Assembly (NCBI GenBank): GCA_002269645.1
Contig: NIVC01000296.1
Location: 186,001-250,000, forward strand
Reading direction: 5' to 3'
Length of the DNA: 64,000 nucleotides
From: Macrostomum lignano
Lineage: Eukaryota
Part shown: positions 24,860 through 36,200 of the stretch, one piece after another
Numbering within the stretch: position 1 is the stretch's first letter
How the letters are laid out: every line of letters starts with the position of its first letter
The notes under the pieces: generated by a model
Told to the model about the DNA's origin: nothing
What the model saw: only the letters and a program-made list of their open reading frames with translations
Databases searched by the model: none
Made by a program: the position numbers and the translations under genes

Positions 24860-25160
24860 TACACAAGCGAACAGGACGGACGAAACTCAGCCTAGGGGAC
24901 AAGCCCAATCTAGAGGTCAAAGTCAGACGGGGACGAAACTCAGCCTAGGGGGGCAGGCCCAATCTAGCTCAACCAATAAGAGAGCAGTAAGGAAAGAGGT
25001 CAGAGTTAGACGAACGAAACTCAGCCTAGGGGGGCAGGCCTAATTTGGCCCAGCCAATGAGAGACCAGTAAAGAGAGAGGCCAAAGTCAGACGGGGACGA
25101 AACTCAGCCTTGGGGGCAGGCCCAATCTAGCTCAGCCAATGAGAGAGCAGTAAGGAGAAG
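24860..25160. repeat. ~85-bp degenerate tandem repeat, 3-4 copies, with CCAAT motifs
   Basis: GACGAAACTCAGCCTAGGGG...GCCCAATCTAG recurs four times. Confidence 0.8.
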
Positions 25161-26021
25161 AGAGAAGTCAGACACAATCGGGGCAAGAGGAAAGTTTATC
25201 GTTTACTGTTTATCGGGCTGGCTAGGCTGGGACGCCACACATTGCTCTCTTGCTTGCTCTGCACACGCACTAGATTTAGTGTTTTTTAAGTTTTCCCGCA
25301 ATCTGCATTCTTAAATTCATATTTTTTTAAATTCCGGTTGTTGCAGTAAATAACTAAATATGTAAATTTTAGAGACTTTCTAATTTACGAGCATAAAAAA
25401 ATAATGATCATTTTGCTACTGAAGAAAAAGTAGTTTTGCGAGTGACATTTCTAGTTATTCTAGTATCTGTGGGCTCAATCAAGAGCCAGTTAATCGCAAA
25501 CAACTACTGTATTTGGACACGCGCGAAATCCAGAAGCAGAAATCTAATTGATTTACTTACACGACTTCTTCTGAATAATGATAGCTAAAAAAGAAAGGTT
25601 AATAAAACATGTTGATAGATATTGTGCGCAATTTAATGTTTTAAAGTGCAGATAAACTTTGAACTTTTGATTTTTTGCCAAAAAAGCACAATTCATTTAA
25701 ACATAGAAATCATATATTAATAATGGTTAAATAAATGTGTTGCATAACTATCTAATAACACGCTAGATAAATATAAAGTCATATTTAGTTAATACCTGTG
25801 AAAATACTACTGATGGATCTGTTTTAATCGTGAGTAGTAGTGAAGTGTGCATATCAAGCAACAACAGTATTATTTTAGATTACGCCTTTGAACATTAGAG
25901 CAAAGTAAAAGTGAATAAGCTCAAATGAGTTTGCCTTCGCCAACAGAAGTCAAAGCAATTAGAAAAAAGCAGAAACGACTATGCACTAATATATAATTGA
26001 TTAATAAGTTCTAACCCTCAC

Positions 26022-26144
26022 CAAATAGCATTCGGCCTGCGCTATTAGCGATCCCAGTCAGCACTAGCAGGTTGGTTGCCTCTGCTGAGCTTATTCCGCG
26101 TGTGATTGCGTAAGGCCGGATCAGGTGATAGAACTGCAGGTAGC
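26022..26144 (-). CDS. SLC16: SLC16 transporter, exon 6
   Basis: gatccag|GC...TTT G|gtgagg; (G)YLQFYHLIRPYAITRGISSAEATNLLVLTGIANSAGRMLF (TM7-8, conserved GR). Not in the ORF track. Confidence 0.88.
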
Positions 26145-26199
26145 CTGGATCAGGTAGCATTTTAAACATGCTGTTAAGGCTTCAGAAAGGCAGACATCC

Positions 26200-26532
26200 A
26201 CCCACCTAGACCACTCTCAACCCACCTGAATCATTCTCAACCCACCTGAATCGCTCATAACCCACCTGAATCACTCATAACCAACCTGAAGCGCTCATAG
26301 CCCACCTGAATCGCTCATAACCCACCTGAATCGCTCATAACCCACCTAAATCGCTAATAACCCACCTGAATCGCTCATAACCCACCTGAATCGCTCATAA
26401 CCCACCTGAATCGCTCATAACCCACCTGAATCGCTCAAAACCCACCTGAATTTCTCATAACCCACCTGAATCGCTCATAACCCACCTGAATCGCTCATAA
26501 CCCACCTGAATCGCTCATAGCCCACCTGAATC
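26200..26532. repeat. 20-bp minisatellite (CCCACCTGAATCGCTCATAA)n
   Basis: About 16 units, intronic. Confidence 0.95.
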
Positions 26533-26579
26533 ACCATTACCTAACCAGGAATGGCTCAGCCATTAGACCCCGCACTCAC

Positions 26580-26888
26580 CTAGCACAGTGAACACCGAGC
26601 CAAGCATCAGCAGGCAGAAGGTTGGCGATCGCAGCATCCCAGGTGACAGCATTTTGCGCAGCGCCGATCTGGCCGGAGCCGCTGGCCGCCCGGCGTCGAC
26701 CGGCACCGTGGTGGCCGAGCGATAGAAATCTCGGCCACCGGCGCCACCGCCCCGCCAGCAGCGCCGGGGGCCCGCGTGGCCCGACAGTACTCGGCAACGT
26801 GGCGCAGCGAGCCGGAATGGAATACGTCTTTGCGATTGAGCGGTCGGAGCACTTCCCGACGCAGCGAACGGCCGATAGCCTCGCGAAC
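26580..26888 (-). CDS. SLC16: SLC16 transporter, exon 5 (contains an apparent 1-nt frameshift near 26750-26753)
   Basis: gccgcag|GTT...CTA G|gtgagt. 5' frame RPLNRKDVFHSGSL; 3' frame DFYRSATTVP...SALRKMLSPGMLRSPTFCLLMLGSVFTVL. Confidence 0.85.
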
Positions 26889-26917
26889 CTGCGGCAGCAA
26901 TAAAGCATTTTAAATAA

Positions 26918-27125
26918 AACAGTCACTGTGGCTGTTTTGTTCAGGGTCACCATGCTACCGTTTACTGTGACTGTTTTGTTAAGGGTCTCAATGCTACCGT
27001 TCACTGTGACTGTTTTGTTCAGGGTCACCATGTTACCGTTCACTGTGACTGTTTTGTTCAGGGTCACCATGTTACCGTTCACTGTGACTGTTTTGTTCAG
27101 GGTCTCCATGCTACCATTCACTGTC
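26918..27125. repeat. 39-bp minisatellite, ~5 copies, SLC16 intron 4
   Basis: CTGTGACTGTTTTGTTCAGGGTCACCATGTTACCGTTCA units. Confidence 0.93.
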
Positions 27126-27166
27126 AAATATGGCCTAGGTACCCTCTAGATAGCTAGAGCGCCCAC

Positions 27167-27754
27167 CTCCTCGGTGATTTCAGTCGAGCCGCTCAGCAGA
27201 GCCATCGCGGCCCCGTTGATTGCCGCCGGCCCGCCAGCTGCCGAAGTTGCCGTGCCGGCTAGAGACGTGCCCGACGCAAAATTCGATTGATCAGGCGTCG
27301 GAACTTCGGAATTGAGCGCCGTGTGCGGCTGCAGCGGCGCGCCGACCAGATGCGGCTGATTCGCTGCCGGATCATTGCTGCTGACGCCGCCGACTGCTAG
27401 AGAAGTTTGGCTTTGGGCGAAGTCGCCGACGCCTGCGCCGCCGCTAATGCCTCCGCTCACGCCGCTGACGCCGCCGCCTCCGCCTCTGACGGTAGCAGCC
27501 AGCTGAGACAGGCTGCCCTTGGCTGTGGCGGCCGCCTCGGCCAGGAAGCTGTGCCTGCTAGTTAAACGACGCGATCCTGCGCCGGAAGCAGCCGCAGCCG
27601 CTGTCGCAGCAGAATAGCCGGGCGTTTTCCTGCGCAGAACATTCTCGGCTATGCGGTGGATCGCCTCCATGCTGAGCATTGGCCGGTCATCAAAGTCTGG
27701 GGGCGGCGGCTCCACCCGATTAGCCGTAGTGATGATCCAGCCGTTTAGGGAGCC
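27167..27754 (-). CDS. SLC16: SLC16 transporter, exon 4 (large cytoplasmic loop)
   Basis: aacgcag|GGC...GAG|gtgggc, 196 open codons, phase 0/0, in frame with both flanking exons. Confidence 0.8.
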
Positions 27755-27817
27755 CTGCGTTGGTTAGTGAGAGATTAGGGCTGCCTCTGCGCACCGGTTT
27801 TATGGGAATCTAAGGAC

Positions 27818-28230
27818 GGGCTAGTGGGGAATTTAAGCATTGGCTAGTGGGGAATCTGAGCATTGGATAGTGGGGAATCTGAGCATTGGCTAGTGGGGAA
27901 TCTGAGCATTGGATAGTGGGGAATCTGAGCATTGGCTAGTGGGAATCTGAGCATTGGATAGTGGGGAATCTGAGCATTGGCTAGTGGGGAATCTGAGCAT
28001 TGGCTTATGGGGAATCTGAGGACTGGCTAGTGGGGTATCTGAGCACTGGCTACTGGGGAATTTGGGCACTGGCTAGTGGGGAATCTGAGGACTGGCTAGT
28101 GGGGAATCTGAGCACTGGCTACTGGGGAATCTGAGGACTGACTCATGGGAAATCTGAGGATTGGCTAGAGAGGAATCTGAGGACTGGCTTATGGGGAATT
28201 TCAGGACTGGCTCATGGGTAATCTGAGGAC
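27818..28230. repeat. 23-bp minisatellite (TGGCTAGTGGGGAATCTGAGCA[TC])n
   Basis: About 17 units, intronic. Confidence 0.93.
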
Positions 28231-28291
28231 CGGTTCTAATTGCTAAAATTTAAATTTTAAGGCCGCGCACAAAAAGTCGCCCACCGCTCAC

Positions 28292-28650
28292 CTGGCTAAT
28301 ATTTCTCTCACGCTTCTTATTCTCCACCAGCTTCCGCATGATGTTCCCCTTGACGCGCGGCTCGCCGCGGGCCAGCCGGCGCAGCTCCCGCTTAGCCAGG
28401 ATGTCGTAGTAGCGATCCAGCGGCATCAGCAGGGAGCCGGCGACAACGCAGTTGAACAGCACACCGGCCAGCACCATGAGGGCGCCTCGCCAGGTCAGCT
28501 GGTCGACCAGCTGATCGGTGGCCAGGGCTACGGCGGCCGTGCCGACGCCACTGCCGCAGACGCCGATGCCGGTGGCGATGGCTCGTCGACGCTCGAACCA
28601 GAAGCCGACAGTGACTACGGCTGGCAGGTAGACTAGGCCTAGGCTGGCGC
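28292..28650 (-). CDS. SLC16: SLC16 transporter, exon 3
   Basis: cccgcag|GC...CAG|gtgagc; LGLVYLPAVVTVGFWFERRRAIATGIGVCGSGVG and WRGALMVLAGVLFNCVV are MCT signatures. Confidence 0.93.
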
Positions 28651-28759
28651 CTGCGGGCGGAGCCGGGGTGGACGGCTACAGACACTGAGACAGACTGGCT
28701 CTGAGCAAAATAGTTATAGAAAATGAACACAATGCATTTCTCTCAGGAGACTCCGCCCA

Positions 28760-30335
28760 TGTGATGGAGGGTGAAGAGGGAAGAGGAGATGGAGGGTGAA
28801 GAGTTGAGAGGAGATGGAGGGTGAAGAAGGGAGAGGAGATGGAGGGTGAAGAGTTGAGAGGAGATGGAGGGTGAAGAGTTGAGAGGAGATGGAGGGTGAA
28901 GAGTTGAGAGGAGATGGAGGGTGAAGAGTTGAGAGCAGATGGAGGGTGAAGAGTTGAGAGGAGATGGAGGGTGAAGAGTTGAGAGGAGATGGAGGGTGAA
29001 GAGTTGAGAGGAGATGGAGGGTGAAGAGTTGAGAGGAGATGGAGGGTGAAGAGTTGAGAGGAGATGGAGGGTGAAGAAGGGAGAGGAGATGGAGGGTGAA
29101 GAGTTGAGAGCAGATGGAGGGTGAAGAGTTGAGAGGAGATGGAGGGTGAAGAGTTGAGAGGAGATGGAGGGTGAAGAGTTGAGAGGAGATGGAGGGTGAA
29201 GAGTTGAGAGGAGATGGAGGGTGAAGAGTTGAGAGGAGATGGAGGGTGAAGAGGGGAGAGGAGATGGAGGGTGAAGAATTGAGGGGAGATGGAGGGTGAA
29301 GAGTTGAGAGGAGATGGAGGGTGAAGAGTTGAGAGGAGATGGAGGGTGAAGAGTTGAGAGGAGATGGAGGGTGAAGAGTTGAGAGCAGATGGAGGGTGAA
29401 GAGTTGAGAGGAGATGGAGGGTGAAGAGTTGAGAGGAGATGGAGGGTGAAGAGTTGAGAGGAGATGGAGGGTGAAGAGTTGAGAGGAGATGGAGGGTGAA
29501 GAGTTGAGAGGAGATGGAGGGTGAAGAGTTGAGAGGAGATGGAGGGTGAAGAGTTGAGAGGAGATGGAGGGTGAAGAGTTGAGAGGAGATGGAGGGTGAA
29601 GAGTTGAGAGGAGATGGAGGGTGAAGAAGGGAGAGGAGATGGAGGGTGAAGAGTTGAGAGCAGATGGAGGGTGAAGAGTTGAGAGGAGATGGAGGGTGAA
29701 GAGTTGAGAGGAGATGGAGGGTGAAGAGTTGAGAGGAGATGGAGGGTGAAGAGTTGAGAGGAGATGGAGGGTGAAGAGTTGAGAGGAGATGGAGGGTGAA
29801 GAGGGGAGAGGAGATGGAGGGTGAAGAATTGAGGGGGGTGGAGGGTGACGAGGGGAGAGAAGATGGAGGGTGAGGAGGTGAGAGGAGATGGAGGGTGAAG
29901 AGGGGGGAGGAGATAGATGTTGAAGAGTTGAGAGGAGATGAAGGGTGAAGAGGGGGGAGGTGATGGAGGGTGAAGAGTTGAGAGGAGATGGAGGGTGAAG
30001 GAGGGTGAAGAGGGGAGGAGATGGAGGGTGAAGAGGGGGAGGTGATGGAGGGTGAAGAGTTGAGAGGAGATGGAGGGTGAAAAGGGGGGTGATGGAGGGT
30101 GAAGAGTTGAGAGGAGATGGAGGGTGAAAAGGGGGGAGGTGATGGAGGGTGAAAAGGGGGGAGGTGATGGAGGGTGAAGAGTTGAGAGGAGATGGAGGGT
30201 GAAGGAGGGTGAAGAGGGGGAGGAGATGGAGGGTGAAGAGGGGTGATGGAGGGTGAAGAATGGAGAGATGGAGGGTGAAGAATTGGGAGGGGAGAGGAGA
30301 TGGAGGGTGAAGAATGGAGGGAAGGAGAGTAGATA
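28760..30335. repeat. 25-bp purine-rich minisatellite (GAGTTGAGAGGAGATGGAGGGTGAA)n
   Basis: About 60 units, degenerating toward the 3' end. Confidence 0.97.
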
Positions 30336-31014
30336 TAAGTAGAGCAAAGAGAAGGGTGAGAAAAATTATATTTCAACTGAACAGAAGGACACAGGTAATA
30401 AATTTATTTTCCTACAAGCGTCCAACAGAGAGTTGCTAAACATAAATTTTCATCTTTTATCTTATGCAAATTTGGATTAATTTTCAGTTAACAAAAACGC
30501 GAAACGACAGGATGGCACACAAAAAGATGCGGGAGAAGCAGATAGCAACACACAGAAGCCATTTGACAGTCGGGCAATTAATTAATTAGGCTTAAATAGC
30601 TAGTTCCGACATGGCAGTCACTGAGAGAGGAGGAGGAGAATGAAAAGAGAACGGCACATGGGAAATCGAACCAACGCACGTAATGGGACTGAACACAATT
30701 AAAAGTACATTACGAGTAGCATAGTAGAAAAGAGAATTTTACACTGTTAAATCTAGCCTAGTAGGCTGGTGCCATAATATATAATCTAAACTACTAACAG
30801 TAGGCTTTAATTCACTTTTATAAACTGTACGCGTACGTCCTAAAAAGTGCACTAGCACTGAAAGCAGACAGAACTGGGAACAGGCGCTTAAGATAAGAAC
30901 TAAGCGTACTAGGGTTCCGAACTGTTTTGCTTCAGTTACCTATTTATATGTGACAGGATACCAGTGAAACATAATGGCACATTCATGTGAGTTGGAGTGG
31001 CTCATTCATGTAAA

Positions 31015-31720
31015 CCAGAGCGACACATTCACGCGAACCAGAGTGACACATTTATGTGAGTCAGAGTGACATGTTTATGTGAGTCAGAGTGACACATTTG
31101 TGTGAACAAGAGTGACGCATCAAAGTGAGTGACAGATCTAAATGAACCAGAGTGACAGATCTACATGAACCAGAGTGACAGATTTACTAGAACCTGAGTG
31201 ACAGACCTACATGAACCAGAGTGACAGATTTACTAGAACCTGAGTGACAGACCTACATGAACCAGAGTGACAGATTTACTAGAACCTGAGTGACAGACCT
31301 ACATGAACCAGAGTGACAGATTTACTAGAACCTGAGTGACAGACCTACATGAACCAAAGTGACAGATTTACTAGAACCTGAGTGACAGACCTACATGAAC
31401 CAGAGTGACAGATTTACTAGAACCTGAGTGACAGATCTACATGAACCAGAGTGACAGATTTACTAGAACCTGAGTGACAGACCTACAGGAACCAGAGTGA
31501 CAGATTTACTAGAACCTGAGAGACAGACCTACATAAACCAGAGTGACAGATTTACTAGAACCTGAGTGACAGATTTACTAGAATCAGAGTGACAGACCTA
31601 CATGAACCAGAGTGACAGATTTACTAGAACCTGAGTGACAGATCTACATGATCCAGAGTGACAGATTTACTAGAACTTGAGTGACAGATCCACATAAATC
31701 AGTGACAGATATCAGTCAAC
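31015..31720. repeat. 23-bp minisatellite with 46-bp dimer structure
   Basis: Alternating AGTGACAGATTTACTAGAACCTG and AGTGACAGACCTACATGAACCAG. Confidence 0.94.
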
Positions 31721-31743
31721 AGTACACATGACGAGCGACTCAC

Positions 31744-31887
31744 CGCCAAGGACGCCGAACACGAACACGAATGCATAATAGTTGGTGACAAAGGATGCCC
31801 CGCAGAAGACGGCAGCGGAGGCCGCGGCGCCCAGCATAATGATGGGCCGGCAGCCGAATGTGTTGGCCAAGGCGGAGCTCGTGGGGC
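31744..31887 (-). CDS. SLC16: SLC16 transporter, exon 2
   Basis: ttccccag|GC...GGC G|gtgagt; (G)PTSSALANTFGCRPIIMLG resembles MCT GP.SS.L.N.YGCRPV. Confidence 0.92.
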
Positions 31888-32109
31888 CTGGGGAAGGGTC
31901 GGTGGGAGAGGCTTCTTGATATGCACTGCAACCATTGGCTTATGGACATGACCGGAGCAATACTCGTAAGAAGTAATCATACAGTTATTATATTCTCGCA
32001 ATAATTATTGACCATCTGAGAATGCAAAGTAAATAGTAATAGTAAATAATACAGAAATAAAGATCGGGGCGATTATCATTGTTTTGTACATATAGTGACA
32101 CATCAACAA

Positions 32110-32470
32110 AGACAGACAGACAGACAGACAGGCAGATAGACAGGCAGGCAGGCAGGCAGACAGACAGACACTAAGACAGACAGACGGACACTAACACAGA
32201 CACTAAGACAGACACTAAGAGAGACACTAAGACAGACACTAAGAGAGACACTAAGACAGACACTAAGACAGACACTAAAACAGACACTAAGACAGACACT
32301 AAGACAGACACTAAGACAGAGAGACACTAAGACAGACACTAAGACAGACACTAAGACAGAGAGACACTAAGACAGACACTAAGACAGACACTAAGACAGA
32401 CACTAAGACAGACACTAAGACAGACACTAAGACAGACACTAAGACAGACACTAAGACAGACACAGACAGA
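32110..32470. repeat. (GACA)n-derived 12-bp repeat (AGACAGACACTA)n
   Basis: Directly visible. Confidence 0.93.
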
Positions 32471-33216
32471 CATGCAGTCAGCCAGACATAAAAGTAGGCA
32501 AAAAGTTAACCGAAAAAAACACAGCCATTCGGGCATGCCATAAACAGACAGCAGCAGCAATAGCAGGCTATTTATCAAGAGTTCAGTTAAAGAGGCGCAG
32601 CTTATCAACACACATTTGTCAGCACATACGACTCGATAATAAATACGAATAGTGTAATTATCTGGTATCGAAGGGCGCGGGGCCGATCCGGCCAGATGAA
32701 AACCCCGCTACTTAGATAAGCAGCAAAACACACGGCTGCATTGGTTCTTCTGTCAATACGAATACGAGCATTTCTAGTTGACCTCGACTGAACTGTTTTA
32801 GCTCGTACAGGCAAAATCAGGCATCAAGTTTATGCAATAGAAATTTATCCAGCGACAACAAACCGGCCTAAAATAGAAACATATCAACATTCAATTTTCT
32901 GCGATCATAAAGAAGAAAGCGGCTGCTTTTACTCGTACTATTGCGTTATGTTTCGACTGCGGGCTCCACAGGAATGGCGGGTTATGTAGCGAGAAAAAAT
33001 TACGCTTTGGGCCGGATCCAGTGCAGGCTTTTCTCGCTTCTATCGCTTTTTTAACTTTTGCTCGGAACTTTATCACCGTGTTGAAGCCGAGGAGATGACC
33101 CGGATTCGAGCCCAGCCATCTGTGTTGGGCTTTACAAATCTATTTATGAACTTTACAATTCATGACACTGATGGCGGGGGGAGCAGCTGGTAACGCCACT
33201 CTCGACCATGAGGGCC

Positions 33217-36200
33217 AACTAGCTGACTAACTGACTGACTAACTGACTAACTGACTAACTGACTAACTGACTAACTGACTAACTGACTGACTGACTAACT
33301 GACTAACTGACTAACTGACTGACTGACTAACTGACTAACTGACTAACTGACTGACTGACTAACTGACTAACTGACTAACTGACTAACTGACTAACTGACT
33401 AACTGACTAACTGACTGACTAACTGACTGACTAACTGACTAACTGACTAACTGACTAATCTGGTTTTCTATAGCACCTAGCATATTTATTTTTGTGCAAG
33501 GCTTTAGCTGCAAGACTTTAACCAATCAGCTTGCTTCAACTCACGTTTTTAACTAATTTTACGTACACATCTTTACTCAACACTGCTCAGTGCACCCCAA
33601 AAAGTCGCATATATATATTGAAATTATGTTAAAATAACTTCACAGCCAATATATTTGTTTTTAAACCCGAATAAATAAACCCTGATAAAGGCCCAGTCTG
33701 GGCCGAAATATCGGTTTCTGAATATTCGACAACTAACGTTCTTCAATATTTCCGTGTGTGTGGTTTGCAGTTTGAAGCTGCCTTTTGCATAACTGACTAA
33801 CTGACTAACTGACTGACTGACTAACTGACTAACTGACTGACTAACTGACTGACTAACTGACTAACTGACTAACTGACTGACTGACTAACTGACTGACTAA
33901 CTGACTGACTGACTGACTGACTGACTGACTGACTGACTGACTGACTGACAGACCGACTGACTAACTAACTAACTAACTGACTAACTAACTGACTAACTGA
34001 CTAACTAACTAACTGACTGACTAACTGACTAACTAACTGACTGACTGACTAACTGACTGACTGACTAACTGACTGACTGACTGACTGACTAACTGACTAA
34101 CTGACTGACTAACTGACTAACTAACTAACTGACTGACTAACTGACTGACTGACTAACTGACTAACTAACTAACTGACTGACTAACTGACTGACTGACTAA
34201 CTGACTAACTGACTGACTGACTAACTGACTGACTGACTAACTGACTGACTAACTGACTAACTGACTGACTGACTAACTGACTAACTGACTGACTGACTGA
34301 CTAACTGACTAACTAGCTAGCTGACTAACTGACTAACTGACTGACTGACTGACTGACTAACTAACTGACTGACTAACTGACTAACTAGCTAGCTGACTAA
34401 CTGACTAACTCACTGACTGACTGACTGACTGACTAACTAACTGACTGACTGACTGACTGACTGACTGACTGACTGACTGACTGACTGACTGACTGACTGA
34501 CTGACTGACTGACTGACTGTATAACTGACTGACTAACTGACTAACTGACTGACTAACTGACTAACTAGCTAGCTGACTAACTGACTAACTGACTGACTAA
34601 CTGACTAACTATTGCTAGCTGAGCTGAACAATAGCTAGCTGACTAACTGACTAACTAACTAACTGACTAGATAACTAACTAACTGACTAACTAACTGACT
34701 AACTGACTAACTAACTAACTGACTGACTAACTGACTAACTGACTGACTGACTGACTGACTGACTGACTGACTGACTGACTGACTGACTGACTGACTGACT
34801 GACTGACTGACTGACTAACTGACTGACTGACTGACTGACTGACTGACTGACTGACTGACTGACTGACTGACTGACTGACTGACTGACTGACTGACTGACT
34901 GACTGACTGACTGACTGACTGACTGACTGACTGACTGACTGACTGACTGACTGACTGACTGACTAACTGACTGACTGACTAACTGACTGACTGACTGACT
35001 AACTGACTGACTAACTGACTAACTGACTGACTGACTAACTGACTAACTGACTGACTGACTGACTAACTGACTAACTAGCTAGCTGACTAACTGACTAACT
35101 GACTGACTGACTGACTGACTGACTAACTGACTGACTGACTGACTGACTGACTGACTGACTGACTGACTGACTGACTGACTGACTGACTGACTAACTAACT
35201 GACTAACTGACTGACTGACTGACTGACTGACTAACTGACTGACTGACTAACTGACTGACTGACTGACTAACTGACTGACTAACTGACTAACTGACTGACT
35301 GACTAACTGACTAACTGACTGACTGACTGACTAACTGACTAACTAGCTAGCTGACTAACTGACTAACTGACTGACTGACTGACTGACTGACTAACTAACT
35401 GACTGACTAACTGACTAACTAGCTAGCTGACTAACTGACTAACTCACTGACTGACTGACTGACTGACTAACTAACTGACTGACTGACTGACTGACTGACT
35501 GACTGACTGACTGACTGACTGACTGACTGACTGACTGACTGACTGACTGACTAACTGACTGACTGACTGACTGACTGACTGACTGACTGACTGACTAACT
35601 GACTGACTAACTGACTAACTGACTGACTAACTGACTAACTAGCTAGCTGACTAACTGACTAACTGACTGACTAACTGACTAACTATTGCTAGCTGAGCTG
35701 AACAATAGCTAGCTGACTAACTGACTAACTAACTAACTGACTAGATAACTAACTAACTGACTAACTAACTGACTAACTGACTAACTAACTAACTGACTGA
35801 CTAACTGACTAACTAACTGACTGACTGACTGACTGACTGACTGACTGACTGACTGACTGACTGACTGACTGACTGACTGACTGACTGACTGACTGACTGA
35901 CTGACTGACTGACTGACTGACTGACTGACTGACTGACTGACTGACTAACTGACTGACTGACTGACTGACTGACTGACTGACTGACTGACTGACTGACTGA
36001 CTGACTGACTGACTGACTGACTGACTGACTGACTGACTGACTGACTGACTGACTGACTGACTAACTGACTAACTAGCTAGCTGACTAACTGACTAACTCA
36101 CTGACTGACTGACTGACTGACTAACTGACTGACTGACTGACTGACTGACTGACTGACTGACTGACTGACTGACTGACTGACTGACTAACTAACTGACTAA

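Noticed and set aside
28676-30376. 530-570-aa Pro/Ser/Leu-rich ORFs
   Set aside because: Translation of the 25-bp intronic minisatellite.
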